The notes under the pieces: model-generated
The model's input: only the letters and a program-made list of their open reading frames with translations
Databases searched by the model: none
Told to the model about the DNA's origin: nothing
Origin: Raja brachyura
Taxonomy: Eukaryota
DNA: 64,000 bases
NCBI GenBank assembly: GCA_963514005.1
Contig: OY740790.1
Span: forward strand, 51,026,001-51,090,000
Direction of reading: 5' to 3'
Translations under genes and position numbers: made by a program
Part shown: positions 62,352 to 64,000 of the stretch, one piece after another
How the letters are laid out: every line of letters begins with the position of its first letter
How positions within the stretch are numbered: the stretch's first letter is position 1

Positions 62352-63985
62352 AAAAAAAATAGACACAAAGTGCTGGAGTAACTCAACATACCAGGCAGCA
62401 TCATGAGTAACATGGACAGGTGATGTTTTGGATTGGGACCCTCCTTCAGACTGATTATGGTGGGGTAGGGAGGTGAGTGGGGTGGGAAAAAGCTAGAAGA
62501 GAAAGGGGCAGGACAAAGCCTGGCAAATAATAGGTGGACACACAAACCCCCTTTTTAATATGAATCTGAGGGGTACCTTTTTCACACAAAGGGCGGTGGG
62601 TGTATAAAACGAGCTGCAAGGGGAGGTAGTTGAGGCAGGGATGATTGCAACGTTTAAGAGACAAATAAAAAGGTACAGGTTTGGAGTGATGTGGGCCAAA
62701 CGCAGGCAGGTGGGACTCAGACATGTTGGTTGGTGTGGGCAAGTTGGGCCGAGGGGCCTGTTTCCACGCTGTATGACTGACTTGCCAGGCTTTGTCTCGT
62801 CCCACCTCTCTCCCAACTTTCTAGGTATGTTACAATGCTTACCTTGAGCAGCGCTGCAGTTCTGCCGCTCCCCGTGTGCGCGACTTTGGCACCTTTCAGA
62901 GGGGGGCGGGCTTAAAGTGCCGTTTTTCCACAGGCAGGAAAAATCGATCAATGTCGGGCGATTTCGTTGCGGAAGAAAAATCGCTCCGACATTTCATGAA
63001 TGAAGGTATTTTTAAATTACTCTAAATTATTTATTAACTAGAGTAATTTAAAAATCACCTTCAAAAGCCGTGAGCGCCGACAACCGGAAGGATTTTGCGT
63101 AGGGGAGAAAAAAAGGTAAATAGTTTATTTTTATATTAAAAGTTGGTTTTTCGGGAGGCTTTAATAACATTTTCATGTTGCGAAATGGGGTCCAAAAAAA
63201 TGTATGAACAAACAGTATTTTTCCTCCCGACTTAACCACTAACCGCAACGTTCCAATCCACCACATTCCACTAAAACCCATTCACTAGTTGATTGAAATG
63301 GCCATTAATTTACAGGAATCAAACACTAAATTCCTTCCATTTGGCCCAGAAATTCATGAAAATGAGATTTAAAAATTATGTTATATTGTGGATCATTGTG
63401 TGAATGTTATTTGGACACTTAGGCAATTTTTAAAAAGTTTATCTTTTCTTAAGAAATGGATAGATGTTTAGATCTACTCATTGAATTTTGTAATTAGCTA
63501 CAATTAGATAACTAACTAATTATATGCTTTAATTTCAGGTCATCCAAGTAAGATTGTTTCATATTTATTTCAGAATGCTTCAATCTATAATAACTGAAAA
63601 TTTCATTTAGTTCTCTTAATTTTTAAGAAGGTTATGGGCTTTTAACTGTTCCAGATCACAGCTTTTTGAGTTAAGTCAATTGAAAGGCAATGGGGAACAA
63701 GATGCTAATTTCCGAGTATGAAAATGGCCATAACTGTCTTAATACTGAAGATATGAAAGTGAATTGGGTGTCAAATTAAACTTCTTTTTATGCTTTATCT
63801 GATGGGATAAATTGCAGACCTGATTTTTAAAATCTCAAAATTTTGTAACATTGCTAAACTTTCTATTTTGTATGCCTCCACTCCCCCAGTCAGTCTGAAG
63901 GTCTTCAGAGATGCTACCTTACCCGCTAAGTTACTCCAGCACTTGTGTCCTTCAAAAAAAAAACCCAGCATCTGCAGTTCCTTGC
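62352..63985. mobile_element. Composite: PLE minus arm (62352-62545), CR1 3' end (62560-62778), PLE plus arm (62780-63985) split by a DNA element
   Basis: ggacaaagcctggcaa versus ttgccaggctttgtc; the plus arm resumes at 63857 and ends ccagcatctgcagttcc. Confidence 0.75.
62822..63856. mobile_element. About 1-kb non-autonomous DNA element of unclear superfamily
   Basis: Imperfect TIR taggtatgttacaa / ttgtaacattgcta; aactttc at 62815-62821 and 63857-63863. Confidence 0.7.
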
Positions 63986-64000
63986 TTCTTGTTCTTATTC

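Overview
Eukaryotic (vertebrate) non-coding DNA that is dense in repeats. The repeat set is typical of cartilaginous fishes, probably a skate or ray: CR1/HER1-type LINEs, V-SINEs (HE1-like), Neptune-type Penelope-like elements (PLEs), Rex/Babar, L2, L1, Tx1, Tc1 and Harbinger-type MITEs. I could not support any host protein-coding exon, so the window looks intronic or intergenic. Most notable: (1) about 20 PLE-derived 3'-end copies carry a minimal hammerhead-ribozyme motif (CUGAAGA-A-stemII-GAAACGUC); many form fold-back inverted pairs, and some hold unrelated DNA between the arms. (2) An exact 2487-bp tandem triplication (35750-43210) is joined at a GGGATA microhomology and creates a new ATG-led, endonuclease-less RT ORF in two copies. 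(3) A young CR1 has an uninterrupted 869-aa ORF, and a young L1 has a single homopolymer frameshift. (4) There are several nested insertions with readable TSDs and a few unexplained short dispersed duplications. A 159-N gap lies at 53877-54035. Boundaries of degenerate fragments are approximate.
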